Positions 1 to 13,043 of a DNA stretch of 64,000 bases are shown here, one piece after another; the stretch's first letter is position 1, and every line of letters begins with the position of its first letter. Position numbers and translations under genes: made by a program. This DNA comes from Lama guanicoe (lineage: Eukaryota), in contig MU054117.1 in assembly GCA_013239625.1 (NCBI GenBank), positions 1,486,011-1,550,010 on the forward strand, written 5' to 3'. A model generated the notes under the pieces. The model made no database searches and had not been told where the DNA came from. It saw nothing but the letters and a program-made list of their open reading frames with translations.

Positions 1-82
1 CTCAATCCACTAATACAGAGGACCGAGGTGCAGAGCCTCGATCCACTAGCACAGAGGACCGAGGCGCAGAGCCTCGATCCAA
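1..82. repeat. 36-bp tandem repeat, at least 2 copies, probably cut by the window edge
   Basis: Units at 5-40 and 41-76 (atccacta..acagaggaccgagg.gcagagcctcg) plus partial flanks. Confidence 0.9.
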
Positions 83-154
83 TAAGCTACTGAGAAAAAT
101 TAAAACCAGCAAATAAGAAACCACCTGACAATACTTTCTCTGCCTTTTTTCGAC

Positions 155-495
155 TTTTTTGCTTTTTACCAAGATATAACTGACATACACATTATATTAC
201 TTCTAGAGGTATAACATAATGACTCAATTTATGTACATATTGGGAAATGATCACTACAGTAAGTCCATTTAACACCCATCACTACACAGTTGTATACATA
301 TATACAAATATAACAGGAAATTCGTACCCCTTGACCACCTTCACCCATTACACACACACACATCACCCCCTTTTCTGGCAACCACCAATCTGGTCTTCGT
401 ATCTATCCGTTCAGTTTTTGCTGTTGTTGTTGTTTACATTCCACATACAAGTGAGATCACACAGTATTTGTCTTTCGCTTATTTCACTGTCCTGC
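155..495 (-). mobile_element. L1 3' end fragment
   Basis: T-rich tail then typical antisense L1 3'UTR motifs (ggcaaccaccaatctg, acattccacatacaagtgagatcacacagtatttgtcttt). Confidence 0.8.
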
Positions 496-569
496 TTTTA
501 AAATGCAATGATGTGAGGGACGCACACCTATCAGAGAACAGGGGTCACAGGACAAGTTTCCCCTCCAAA

Positions 570-1130
570 ATCAAGAGACCAGGCAAATCCACAGAGTGGC
601 AGTTGAGATCTGCTCACTCGAAGCGGAAGCTGTCCGCAGAAGCACTTACACGGCCTCTCTGAGGAACTGCTGCAGGCCGAGTGTGGACAGACCAGGGAAG
701 AGTGAGAAAGTCCCAGGGGCTGCAGTTTTGGGGAGCTCCCCAGGGGAAGTTCACGGGCTTTACCTCCAGGAACCACCCAGGGTCTCAGTGAAGAGTGGAC
801 AAAGACCCCACTGGTTCTGGCGCGTGGGGGGAGAGTAACCAAGGTGAAGTGTGCCCCAGGCGCCCCCATCCAAAGACAGACTCCCCAGGAGTGACGATTT
901 TTACAGAGCTTTGTCCCACCTGGGGGAAAGGCATTTCTCCCACTCGAGCCCCTGCCAGCTAAAAACCAGACTCAGACATTGACACAGAGGTTGGAATTAT
1001 CAGACAGGGAATTTAAAATAACTAGGATTAAGAGATAAAGGATGGAACGGGAAAAGGAAACAAGATCCAGGAACAGACGGGCAATATACGCAGAGAAACG
1101 GACACTCTCAGAATCAAAAGGAAACGCTAC
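570..1130 (+). mobile_element. Old L1 (L1M-type) 5'UTR/ORF1-start relic; resumes at about 2105-2290
   Basis: ttggaattatcagacagggaatttaaaataact resembles degraded old L1 ORF1; inter-ORF-like A-rich sequence after 2105. Confidence 0.55.
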
Positions 1131-1134
1131 ATAC

Positions 1135-2100
1135 AAAAAGCACAAAGACCTCGCTTATAATGTGGAATCTGAATTCATGAAAGCAGAGGGTAGAAGGGTG
1201 GCTGCTGTGGGCCCAGGGAGGGGCAAACAGGGAGATGCTGGCCAAAGTGCACAACTTTCATTTGTGAGGTAGGTCAGTCTTGGGGCTCTAACGTACAAGA
1301 TGCTGACTGTGGTTAACAAGGCTGCACTGCATACCAGAAACCTGCTAAGAGAACAGGTCTTAAACAGTGTTCTCAACAACCTATGTGTCCGTCAATGGAT
1401 GAACGGACGAAGAAAACACGGCATGTATGTATGTATGCACATGTACACACACAGGAACATTATTCGGCCATAAATAAGGGGAAATCTTGCCATTTGCGAC
1501 AACATGGATGGGACTTGAGGGCATCATGCTAAGTGAAGTAAGTCAGACAGAGAAAGACAGATACAGATGACTGCGCTCATATGTGGAGTCCAAAAACAAC
1601 ACGACCAAAGACCGAGCTCACAGACACAGGGAGGGGACTGCTGGCTGCCAGAAGCAGGGAGTCAGACGCGGGAAAAATGGGTGAAGGTGACGAAAAGGAA
1701 CAAATTTCCAGTTACAAAACAGTTAAGTTCTAGGGATATAACACACAGCGTGGTGACTACAAATAGGTGTTGCATATCTGAGAGTTGCTCAGAGAATAAA
1801 TCTTAAAAGTTCTCATTACAAGAAAAAAATTTTGTAACTATGTATATTGATGCATGTTCACTAGACTCTTGTGATCATTTTATAACATATAGAAATACTG
1901 AAGCATTATGTTGTACACCAGAAACTAACACAACACTATATGTCATTTTTACTCCAATTTAAAAAAGTGTTTCCACCACGAAAACTAAAAGGTGACGAAT
2001 GTGCTAATTAGCCTGACTGCAGTAATCGTTCCACAGCGTACACCAAGGCTGAGTCATCGTGCTGCACACCTTAAATATATACAGTTTTGTCAACTGAAAA
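1135..2100 (+). mobile_element. L1MA/MB-type 3' end split by a younger L1 3' end (1376-1961)
   Basis: Host motif cttaa..gtgttctca|ccac is interrupted; insert flanked by aaacagtgttctca (1362-1375) and aaaaagtgtttcca (1962-1975). Confidence 0.8.
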
Positions 2101-3027
2101 AGCTGAGGGGAAAAAAGTCAAAATGCATACTGCAAACTCCAGGGTAACAATTTTTAAAATTTTTAAGAAATATAGTAAATATTCTAAGAGGAGAGGGAAA
2201 ATGGAATCATACAAAACAGAGCAGAAAAGGCAGAAAAGAGGTAATAAAAAGAAATGAAAAATAAACAAAACAAACAGAAAACCAAAGTGACCATCTCCTT
2301 CCGGAGGAGGGCACCACGGAAGCAGGTTGATGGGAAAACATCAGTAATTTGATCAAAATGAGAAGTTACAACTGTCCAGAGTAAAATACGGAAAAACACG
2401 AGGAGAAGAACACGATGGGCAGGAAAATGACAGGAAGCCAGGACCGCCTCCACCCAAAGGCCGCTTCGCTTTTCCTCACGATCCTAAATACGAGGTGTGA
2501 GAGACCAGACAAACGACCAGCGGTAGAAGGATCAGCATTACAAGAGGGTTAAAAACAACAAACAGAAAATGCAGGGCTGCCATCAACAGGGAGCTGGGAA
2601 TAGTAGTGAACACCTTTTACTACTCTCGACAGGTGCCGCTCGGCTTCACAGCCCTAAGTGCGTCTAGCGGCTTCACCTCCAACATTCCACTATTCAACAG
2701 AAAACTGTCTCCACTTACTCAGTGAGAGGGGAGAGCCAACTATCAAATCTCCATTAGTTAATCTCGAAAAAAGTCTCTTCCTACTTATCCAAAAACGTAT
2801 TCAAAAGTAACTTTAAGCTACCGGATTTCCTTCTTTCCTTAGCTTAAGAACATAGCTTCATTTTTGGCATAACCTAAATAATGATCCATTAAGAGGGGTT
2901 CATGTGGAGCACACAGGAGCTGACTGAGAACAGCACCTGCAGTCTCAAGACTGGACTGCACCCCTTTTATCATTAGTAAACGTATGACCGGGACCCAGTT
3001 CATCAGAGCTGACAGCTCCGGGATGTA

Positions 3028-3207
3028 CATGGAAGTGCCCTGAAAACCACAGACTGCCAGATAAGCCCTGGACAGCCCGACGTCAATGAAGCGGACGGTA
3101 AATGTCCGCATCGCGTCCATGAAAGTGCCCTGACAACTACAGACTGCCAGATAAACCCTGGACAGCCGGACGTCAATGAAGTGGACAGTAAATGTCCGCA
3201 CCGCGTC
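3028..3207. repeat. 90-bp tandem duplication (82/90 identical)
   Basis: Direct alignment of 3028-3117 with 3118-3207. Confidence 0.95.
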
Positions 3208-3575
3208 CTCACACCCACGGGTACGGGGGTCAAACTGTCTGTTACATCATCTCCTCCTAGGAGAGCCTAACGCTAGTGGAAGAAAAACAGCCGATCACAG
3301 AGACTGTTACATTGTGGTCTTTCTACATTTCCTCTAAAAGGAGCTGCATATTTTAATCTTCCTCTGAACTGTCAATTTTCTGTTAGTCTGGGGACTCTCG
3401 GGAGTCAAGTAAAACTGGGGTAAGAATGCCAAGAATGCTAATCAAGGTATAAATAGCACTTCGAGCTTTAGGAGACGGTTACTCCACGGGTAAGTTACTC
3501 CACATGAGCACTGTGGAGCTTCCTCCCACGTTCTTATCCACAGCAAAGCAAGAACACGGGAGAGTTTTCTCTAAC

Positions 3576-3716
3576 CTTTTTCAATTGTGATTCCATCTTC
3601 AGACACTCCTCCTTCTTCTGCTCCAAAGCAATTTCTAGTGTCTTGAGCCGCGAGTCCTTCTTCAGGCCCGAGGAAGCCAGGGAAGAAGCGTGCTCCTTCA
3701 GATCCAAGAGCGAAGC
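3576..3716 (-). CDS. ERC1: ERC1 exon (~11), 141 nt, ASLLDLKEH...ESQLKK
   Basis: Within ORF 3534-3758; TTGCAG acceptor, GTTAGA donor; gene continues beyond position 1. Confidence 0.96.
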
Positions 3717-4668
3717 CTGCAAGAAGCAACGCCAGAACACACGGAGAATAAATACCACTTGCTAACACAGCGGACGTTTAAATTCCTCAGCTGACCTTGC
3801 CGGGGGCTTGTAGCTCCTGGCCACCCCTACACACCGACGTGCTTCCATTTCAAGGACATGAAGTATAGAACGACGGTGTGAATGCTGGCTTTCAAGCTCT
3901 GACTAAAATAAATGAATTCCCAGTGGAATAGTGACTGGAAGAGCTCCATCACCACATGTCCCTTCCCACAGAATAAACAGCAGTAGACCCAGCTCCGTGA
4001 ACAAAAGCGGTCAGCCTCAGGAGCCACAGCGACCTACACGGGGAGTGCCTTTCCCTTGTGGAAGAATTCTGCTAGAAACTGAAATTTCCATAAATTTTCC
4101 TGATGGCGTCACAAAGAGAACCCTGAGAACATCCCTAAAGCTCAGGATTATTGGATTACAAGGCAGCAGGCATTTCTGCTGTTTAGGTGAAATCATGAGA
4201 TTCCCTAAAAGTAAGGTCACAATACACTGTCACCTAATGACCGGTCAACAATCATTGAAGATTCTCTGCCAACGAGGAAGTGATCTTCCAAGAGCCGTGG
4301 CAGACAGCCAGCCCTCCTTTCGTGTATTCCTTCTGTTCATCCCCCTTACCATTAGCACACTATTTCTCCAAATGTAACTGGAGAAATCTCGTTATTTTAG
4401 GATCTATAAAATGTCTTTAGCAAGTAAGAAACCAACTCATAACAGCTGAAAGAAGTAAGAGGTAAGACTCAGGAAATAAAGGATTCAGTCTACTCTATCT
4501 CTGTAAGGTCCCGAAATAGCCCTTAAGGTCTTCCCACGAGCCCAGCTGTAAGGGTATTTTCAAAATCTTCGATCAGATACTTTCTATACGCATTACGTGA
4601 ACACCAACAGTATGTACACACAATGCACTGAGAAGCAAACCACGTCATCCCATTTTGGTGATCTTTAC

Positions 4669-4809
4669 CTCTTTCTCTGAGAGGTCGCCTTGCAAGAGGT
4701 TGACTTTTTCCTTCAAGTCTTTAAGATCCTTCTTGTAGTTATCAATTTCCTCCTGCTTTTCCCGCTCATCTCGGTCCCGCTGCTCTTTTAAGCGTTCGAT
4801 TGTCCGCTC
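4669..4809 (-). CDS. ERC1: ERC1 exon (~10), 141 nt, ERTIERLKE...DLSEKE
   Basis: Within ORF 4645-4854; ACCAG acceptor, GTAAAG donor. Confidence 0.96.
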
Positions 4810-6053
4810 CTGGTAAGACAGCACATCAGTACGTGAGAGCACTCGTTCCATCACCCGCGTCAGTACATAAGAGCGCTCCTTCCACCCTTCCCACCCCGCG
4901 TAAGGCAGCTTTTAGCTGAGAAAACTTCACGCCTCCATCCTCCACTCAAGACAGTGACAAGCTGCTAATAATTCACATTTTGAAGAATTCATCCTTCCGC
5001 CCATCCTGCTGTAACAAACATCGGCTTTGTTCTTCTGATCGCCCTCAGTTTCTTTTCCTATAACCTTAGCCAGCATTAGATGTCCCGAAAGCATTCCTTT
5101 GGGATAATCTCATTTATTCAATTCCCAAGTAACAAAAAACCTATACATATGCCCTAAGGACAGTAAGTAGCAAATATTTCTTCTCTCTATGTAATTCACG
5201 TGTTGCCTACAGAGCAATGGAAACAATCCACAATTCACATACCAAAAATGGAGGAAGCTGGGGAGATTATAATTTGTTGAGCTTAAAGCATAAAGAAGGG
5301 TAAAGAAAAGAGAAACCATTAAAAGATACTCAGCAAGTCTGAAAGTTGAAGCAATTTAAGTATATTTCTGGGTATTATTTCTAAATATATTTGGGGATCA
5401 AGCCTTGGTCCCTGGCAGGCAGCCTGAAACATTCTGAGTCCAAGAGGCTTAAGGAACAGTGGTGACCCTATTTCTTAAAAAAAGAAAAAAAAATCCAATT
5501 AAAATGCCCCACCAAGATTCTTTAAGCCTCCTTCCAAGACATTAACACTTGCCATCTGGGGCCCCTTCTTTATTTAGTCAGCCATTCCTGAAAAACTAGG
5601 TTTGCTCATACAGGGAAAAGGAAGTGGCACGGCCAAGGCCAGGAAGACAGCAAGCACCGGCATGAATAACTAAAGCCCGTGAACGTCCGAAGTGCCGTGC
5701 GGCCGAGGAAGAGCGCCAGTCCTGCCTCCTGACGGTGAATGTCTGAGACCCCCACATCACCACGTTCCAGCTGAGCATACAAATAAAAAGAACGCTTCTT
5801 TGTCTTCAGAAGATAGTACATGGGGAGCAGGTGGCTGATTCTTTAGAAATTCTGGCCACTGCCCCGGAGTGTGGGATCCGCCCTCCCTCCCCCTCTTACA
5901 CCAGGCATGTCAGCAGTAGCACAGGGGCTCTCCTCCTTTTTGCCAAAGCAACTTCTTCCGTCTTCTCTACCCAAGGCTCATCGCCAGACAAATCTCAGAT
6001 CACTGAGGAAGCAGGAGAAACGTGTGGGCGAGGGGTCTGGGCCGGCCGCTCAC

Positions 6054-6191
6054 CTTCTCGGCCAGGGCCTCCTCCAGCGTCGTCAAGGCGGTGTCGGTGT
6101 TGGTGGTGTCGGCCTGCAGCGACTTGACTCGCTCCTTCAAGCTACTCATCTGCTTTTCCTTATCTCTAAGTTGCTCTTGGAGATTTTCAAT
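6054..6191 (-). CDS. ERC1: ERC1 exon (~9), 138 nt, IENLQEQ...EEALAEK
   Basis: Within ORF 6000-6206; CTCAG acceptor, GTGAGC donor. Confidence 0.96.
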
Positions 6192-9100
6192 CTGAGTTGT
6201 GCACACACATTTAAGGGGGGGGGAGAGGAAATTAAGAGAAATTACAAAGAATCACAATAAAACTCATTTTAAGTTGGAAACAGGTAGATTAGGGTTGTCT
6301 CTCAGTGTGTGTTCTGTAGAAATAATTTAATCCTAAGGGTTTCAGAAATGTATGCAAAAATTTAAACGTAGAATTTACAGCCAGAAGAGAGAAAACACAC
6401 ACATGGGTATGGGCACAAGTGCATAGTCACAAATTTCTAAAGAAACAAGGAAAAGAGCCAGGGAGAAATAGACAAAAAACTGTTCTTATATGTCAGCGTT
6501 CAAGTTAGATTCTTATACTATCTTTTATCCAAACAGCAAGCATTTTCCATGAATCTCTTACTGTAGTTATTCATTCCTTCATACACATCTACACGCACTC
6601 ACTGACTCAGAAAAAGTACTGCCAAACCCTGTATTACATGCCAGGCACTCGCGATACAAAGAAAAATGAACAGACCCATGTTTATTACGTTACAAGATGC
6701 TACGAGAACTTTACGCAGCTGAACCCAAGCCGCAGCCGGGCTCCCGTGCCCTCCTGAAGCGCACACTCCGCTCTGCACAGATGGGAACCACCAGGGACTC
6801 TAAGCAAGGAAAGGCTCTGGTCAGTTCTGCATTGAGACTGATGATTCTGACAGCTGTGGAGAAGAGATTTAAGGCGACGCACACAGACGTGAAAACAGTG
6901 ATTAGGAGATCACACCAACTCAGGTAAGGTATTCTGGAAACTAAACAAGGTAAGAGAGATGGAAAAGAGGGGATGGGTTTGTGAAACAGCGTGGAAACAT
7001 GTTACCAACAGGCAGATTCAAGTACACAGAAGGAAAAACAGGAAGCAAAAATATGAAGGAACTGTAGAGAGAGATTCTTGGTAAACCAAAGGCAATTATT
7101 TTAAAACTCACAAACTTCATTCTTTCATACAACACACATCTGAGCTCCTGCTGTGCTCCAGGCACTTTTCTAGGTGTTCAGGATAGAGAAGTAATCAAAA
7201 CAGACAGAAATTCCTGCCCTCCAAGAACCTGCATCCTATACGGCAGACAGCGAATGAACGAACACAGGGGAGGATGGTGATGTGAGGCAGGAGGGTGTCA
7301 GCACAGTGCCCTCTCAAGCCAACACTACAACCAGCTGGCTTATTTTCCACGGCTTTCAAACAGCCACAGAAACGCTGCCCCCTTCAGGAAGTCTTTCTTG
7401 CTCTCACTCCATGACACTAAGATGATGACAGTCTATGCTCCGGCACAGGTGTACACACACACCCCCCCCTCCATTCTTTCGCCTGCCCATATGTTCACCA
7501 CGTTTATCTCCATTCTCCCATCCACCTGTACAGTAAAAACACGACCCCCAGCCATACTGTAATGATCTTAACACTCCTGGATCCTACTCCTCTCCCCAGT
7601 TCTGTGTCTTCCTGTCTGGCACACATCAGGTCTATAACAAATACTGGCTCATTAGTCAGTAGTAACATACAGCTTAGACTTTTATAAACTGTATTTAGGC
7701 ATACACATAAACTTCTGCCAAGAAAGGAACTACAAAAGACATTAGATCCAGACTTCAAGTGATTTCCTGCACCAGTTTAACATAAGCTCTCTAACGGCCT
7801 GCTTCATTCCACAGGGGAAGAAAAGAAAAGGTCCCTGTCTGGAGTCGCGAGAGCTGCACAGCAGAAGAAGCAAGCAAAGCAAAGTCACAACAGGAGGCCA
7901 TGAACACTGCAAGGCTTGGGTTTTCACTGTCCAACAAAGAAACCATCCTACAGGTGAGCCACTGAAATCGGCTCGTCTTTTCAACAGCAATGAAGCCCAA
8001 AGCCTGTTGTGAGAGAAAAGACCATCACAGACGAGAAGCAGTGATTTCCTTCAGTTTAAGCAGACGCTACTTTTGGAATCTCTAATGGATCAATACTTAG
8101 GTAAACTCACACCACTGAAGAGACTTTGCCACCTAAACCCCAGTACTCCACGTACACCCGGAATGCCAGGCCCCGGGGCCTACACGTTCCACCAGCCGCG
8201 TGGGTCACTCTAACTGCTGAAGTGTAAACCTTCTACAAAAAAGGCAGGATCACGCTGTTGATTAGACTTTCTTACCAAGAAGGAGCAGTACAGGCATCTT
8301 TAAAAAATGAAACCAACCAAGTTTCAGACACAAGAAAACAGATCTGTTTCACGAGCCCACCCAATGTCGCAATGGCCCTTTCACACACAATACGGAAAAC
8401 ACCCTTCCTCCTCCTTCACCAGCGTCAGCAGGTACGAAAGCAATCAAGATGTTAACTGTTAACAGCTCCACTGCTATAACTTCCATGCAGTCAGACTATT
8501 GAAGGAGTCCACTATTCTTTGCCGGCAAAACCCCAAAGACACCTTTCCCCGATACTCGCCGGTGCAGGAGCTGCCGACCTAGGTAAGCTGGGTGAAGCCC
8601 CATTAACAAGTTCTCCCTCAGCTATGTTCTCCTTCAGGCAGACTGCTGAGCTGGAGGGGAGGAAGAGGGTGGCTATTCCTGGATTCCTATCTGCTTCTAA
8701 AGAGAAGAAACAAACATTCCAGGGTGAAAGGGACTGACAAAATGCAGAAAGGACAGTGGTCACTACAGCTGCCTCCTCTGGGCAAGCTGCCGTCAGTGAG
8801 CAGGACTCCAAACAGACACAGACACGCGCGAGCTGCACGAGCACTGAACAAACCCGAGAGAGGCTCTGCGCCGCCTGTGGGAGGGGGCGTGGGGAGGAAG
8901 CACGTCCCGTTTACCCAGCATCAGGATGACACGAGCTGAGCCTGCTCAGATCCCCCTTTCTACGTCCTCACTTTGGCTGTGATTCAAAACCGTGCTTTTG
9001 TGATCAAGGGTCTCCGGGTTCACACGTGTCGCTAACCAGGGGGTGATGAATGCTACCATATTATCTTGGCCATTATTCTCTTGTTTTTCACTGACCCAAT

Positions 9101-9536
9101 ACTGAGGCTGTGAAAACTGTTCACCTTCTTAGTCCCATATCATGTCACTTCAGTATTTATTATGCAGTTTCTATTAAAAAATCATCTATATAGTGGATAT
9201 CCCACTCCATACTAAGTTCAATTACCCACAGGATCTAGAATATATTATTTATAAAAGTTTTGGATATAACAGCCAAGAGAAAAGACTGGATCAGTTATGC
9301 ACATACGTGATTATTAATGATAAAGATGACTGTCTGGAATCATGCTAAGTGGAAATACACTCCTTTAAATATGCTCAAAGTAGCTACCAAAAAAAAAAAA
9401 AACGACTTTCCATTTTGTAGAAACAGAAACCACAGAATCCCTAAAATAACAATATGATAAAAAAAACAACAAAAATAATAATAATGGTGGTGGTGGTGGT
9501 AGAGGCAGAGAAGGTCACAGTGATAAGAGGGACCCC

Positions 9537-9589
9537 CATGTATACAAGAAGTTGACACACTAACTGACTGTATGTACTTCAATTAAGAA
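9537..9589 (+). mobile_element. Ultra-short 5'-truncated L1 tail (~53 bp) with TSD
   Basis: Matches the extreme 3' end of the L1 at 37050-37739; identical flanks aagagggacccc at 9525-9536 and 9590-9601. Confidence 0.8.
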
Positions 9590-12500
9590 AAGAGGGACCC
9601 CAACCCTTAGAAAGAGTGCAGTATGTCTGTGTCAGGTGCTGTTTTAACATCTCTGTAGGTAACAACCATTTAAGCATCCCCACAAGGTTACAACTATTAG
9701 GCAATCTAGCTCCAGAATTCTACCCTTAATCATTGTGCTATACACAGTATGTTCTATGATAAAACAAAAAAGATGAACACAAAGACGTCCCAAGCATCTT
9801 CCCATAAACTCTTCCTTATTATTACGCAGAGTTTATCCATAAACATAGTACACTACTGTTATGGTCACTTCTATTTAAACGTTCTCCCCAACTGAAGCAA
9901 AGGACGAAGCGTGGAGGTACCAAACCGCTGCCGGTGCAGAAGTCCGTCTTCCCGGTACTTCCATGGACACAAAGCCAAGCACAGAGCACTGAAGCTGGTG
10001 GGCAGAACCAAAGACGCCTGCTCTCAGGACTTCAGGGCTGTGATGTGACTAAAGCGGTCTGCTGGCCTGACCTTCCGGGGGCCGAAGGAGCTAGTTTCCT
10101 TACACACACGGACTAAGCAGCACTCAACAAAAGCCCAAACGCTTTCTTCCTCCGACTTTAATGATACTGAAAATTGTAAGAAGGACTGTTGCAGAAAGTG
10201 ATGTATCTTATAATTCTATGGGCTTTTTTCCTACTTTATGCATACCCTATCTGTTACAGAAAGAAATCATTAAGCACCTAGTAGCGTGTATTCCGTTTCT
10301 GCATGAGTAGAATTACTTTGCAGAGGTCGAAGGAAGTGGCGTTTATTGTCTGTATCTGTGTCCCTGAAGATAAACAGCGGAGGGGGCTCAATCAGGCTTA
10401 TACATAGAGTTTAGTTGTAGAGAAGACCTAACAGTGAAGGGTTCAGGAAGGAAACACTTTGCACAAAACTACTTAGAGAAAGCAGACATATTCCTTCAAG
10501 TGACTCTCTAACTATAGCTCTGACAACTGGGCTGGAAAGAAAATAGAACAACATGATTATTATATTACATAGAGCCTTTCTTCCCATACAACTTTTACAA
10601 AGAGAGAGAAAAACCGATGAAAGCAGGGAGCCTCACTCTGAATGCACGCTACACGTGGATCCACCAGACCTGCACGCCAGTTCCACACTGGCACATTTTG
10701 TTGGCACCTTTTGTTCTGTTTCTTTATCAGCATTGCCAGTTGCCAGAAACTATCACGTTTCAACGTGGGTGATTCGTTCCTAGTCAGGTGGAACTGATCA
10801 CTCCGCCTCTGAGGCCCTGATCACCGAGGAAAAGGAGAAGCGGCCGCCCACAGGATGTCGCGCTCACGACAAGGAACCCCAAACACTCCCTGCAGGCACC
10901 CGGCTGCCGTGAACATCAGTTACAGGGAAGAATTGTTCTGATGAGGCCCCCACACTTGTTCTAAGCAGCGTCAGCGTCAGATGTACCGTGTGAAGCAAGT
11001 TATTTGGAAAGGCTCTGACCCACACCTTCCCGGTTAGCAACACCTTTCAGTAGCGGTGGCAGCAGCACAGTGCGTGCTGGGTGAGCTGGGCAGCACCAGC
11101 TGGCAAAGCGGGCCCTACAGTGGTCAACAGGGTCTAAGAAGGAAAAATTCACTAGGTCCCCAGCTCCCAGGCAATTGTCTGTCTACCACCTTGCACTCCT
11201 GTGAAAGGTCCCGGCAAGCTACCGCTCTCATTTACCAAAGTGAGCAGGCTTTCCCAGACTATTTAGACTGGCCTCACATTTTACTTGTCCAGTTACGTGT
11301 TTCCAATGATTAGAAGATACAAGAGTAAGAAAGTCACGCAGAACTCTAAGCAGCGTTTCTAACGCATTGCAGGTGGTTCAAGCTCACATATCTGTGTTCT
11401 CAGTGCTGTCTAGGGTCTTCAGTGAGCCCCGCGAAGATTCTGGTTGACAACCAGTTGTTTGGTTGAGTTTCCCTCTCAACTGCGCTATTCTCGCATCACA
11501 TAAGTAATGGACTGGATTACCACGATGAATAAATAGCTGGCTATGCCCCAGTGGGCAAGTGACTTGATCTTTCTAATTACCTATATACATAAAAAAAAAA
11601 AACCCACTAAGTCTCCCTTCAATTCAAAAATACAACTGTATTCTTATGACGGGAAAGGTGAGAACATTGAAAAAGCAATAAACGTCAACAGAGCACGACT
11701 GTATTTTATCTCAAAACTGTTCAAATTTAACTATTCAGGAAGTATAGGCATGGCCTTTAGGGAAATGCAGATGCAGTCAGACTCCACTGCTCCAGAGAAA
11801 TCAGATTTTATTCATTGCTAGGAGGGGAAGTAAGTTCCTTGACAGACTTGCTCACGGTACAGACAATGGAAGTAGGGACCTGCTGAGTTAAAATAACTGG
11901 ATAATATGAGGCAAAAGCTGGTGAGACCAAAGGTCACAGCCAGTCAAGATCTGCTTTGGCAAACAATTACGGTAACGGCCCAACACTTCCTCTTCCATCT
12001 GGAAGGCATATATAAAAACCTGACAGGTCCTCATACGCTGAAACTGCTCAGAAAACAAAGAAGATCCCCAAATGCACAGCAGCAACCCGTCCGAGACGGG
12101 GCAATGACGGGACTGGACTCGGGACCTCAGCTCGCACCATGAGCAGCGTCCCTTGAAGCTGTAGAGCAATGACTGTCTTAGAACAGTCTCAGATCTAATG
12201 GTTCAGCACATGTTAGTGATGGAAAAACCCCAGTATTTCTGAGTAACTAATCAGAGCAGACACACTAGGCTTAGTTTCCACTCCGCCTCCAGAAGGAAAC
12301 ACTATTCTTTGTGTTACTTATTAACAGTAAGTTGTGGGACGTCAAATATGTACCAATACAAGGCCAGCCAGATTCAACGACTGTCCACTGGACGGACTAC
12401 TGTACCACCACTACAACTCACAGACTTGATTAACTACAGACATGGAAACTTGTTCATTATATACTAGTACACGAAGCAGAAAAGGTATCAAAATGTACAA

Positions 12501-13043
12501 TACTGTCCCAATTTGAAGCAAGGGAAAGTTTATTTTTACACAGAATTTTCCTTGGTATAGCTTTTCCGTATTTTCCAAGTATTCAGAATGGACATATATC
12601 ATCTCAATAATGACAGAAGCAGTCATTTTCTAACTGCGAGCCAAGAAACCTTAGGATTTATGATAAGAAATATGATTAGGACTACGATAAGGGATTCTCT
12701 TCACATGCTCACTTAACAACACGGAAGATCTCCAGGGCTTTCTGTGGGACACGTGAGCAATTCCATTTAACCCACACCTTTCATAGGCTCGTACTCTGAC
12801 CAAACAAATCAAGCTGTCAGACACCTGGGGGATTTTCTGCCAAAGACTGGGAGACAACAAATGAATCCAAAGAAACCAAGACTTTCAAAACCTACTTGAA
12901 ATATAAGGTTCGAAGGAAATAGCAATGGGATGCTTCACATATTTTAAACCTAAATTCAAGTCCACCTCACTAAGTTTTTATTTTAGCCAGGCCTACTTTC
13001 ATGGTCTGAAGTAAGCTAACCTGTACTAATCGTCAACACTAAG

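Noticed and set aside
1..3207. CRISPR-like reading of the hairpin-bearing 36-bp and 90-bp repeats
   Set aside because: Head-to-tail repeats without unique spacers, no cas genes, mammalian intron
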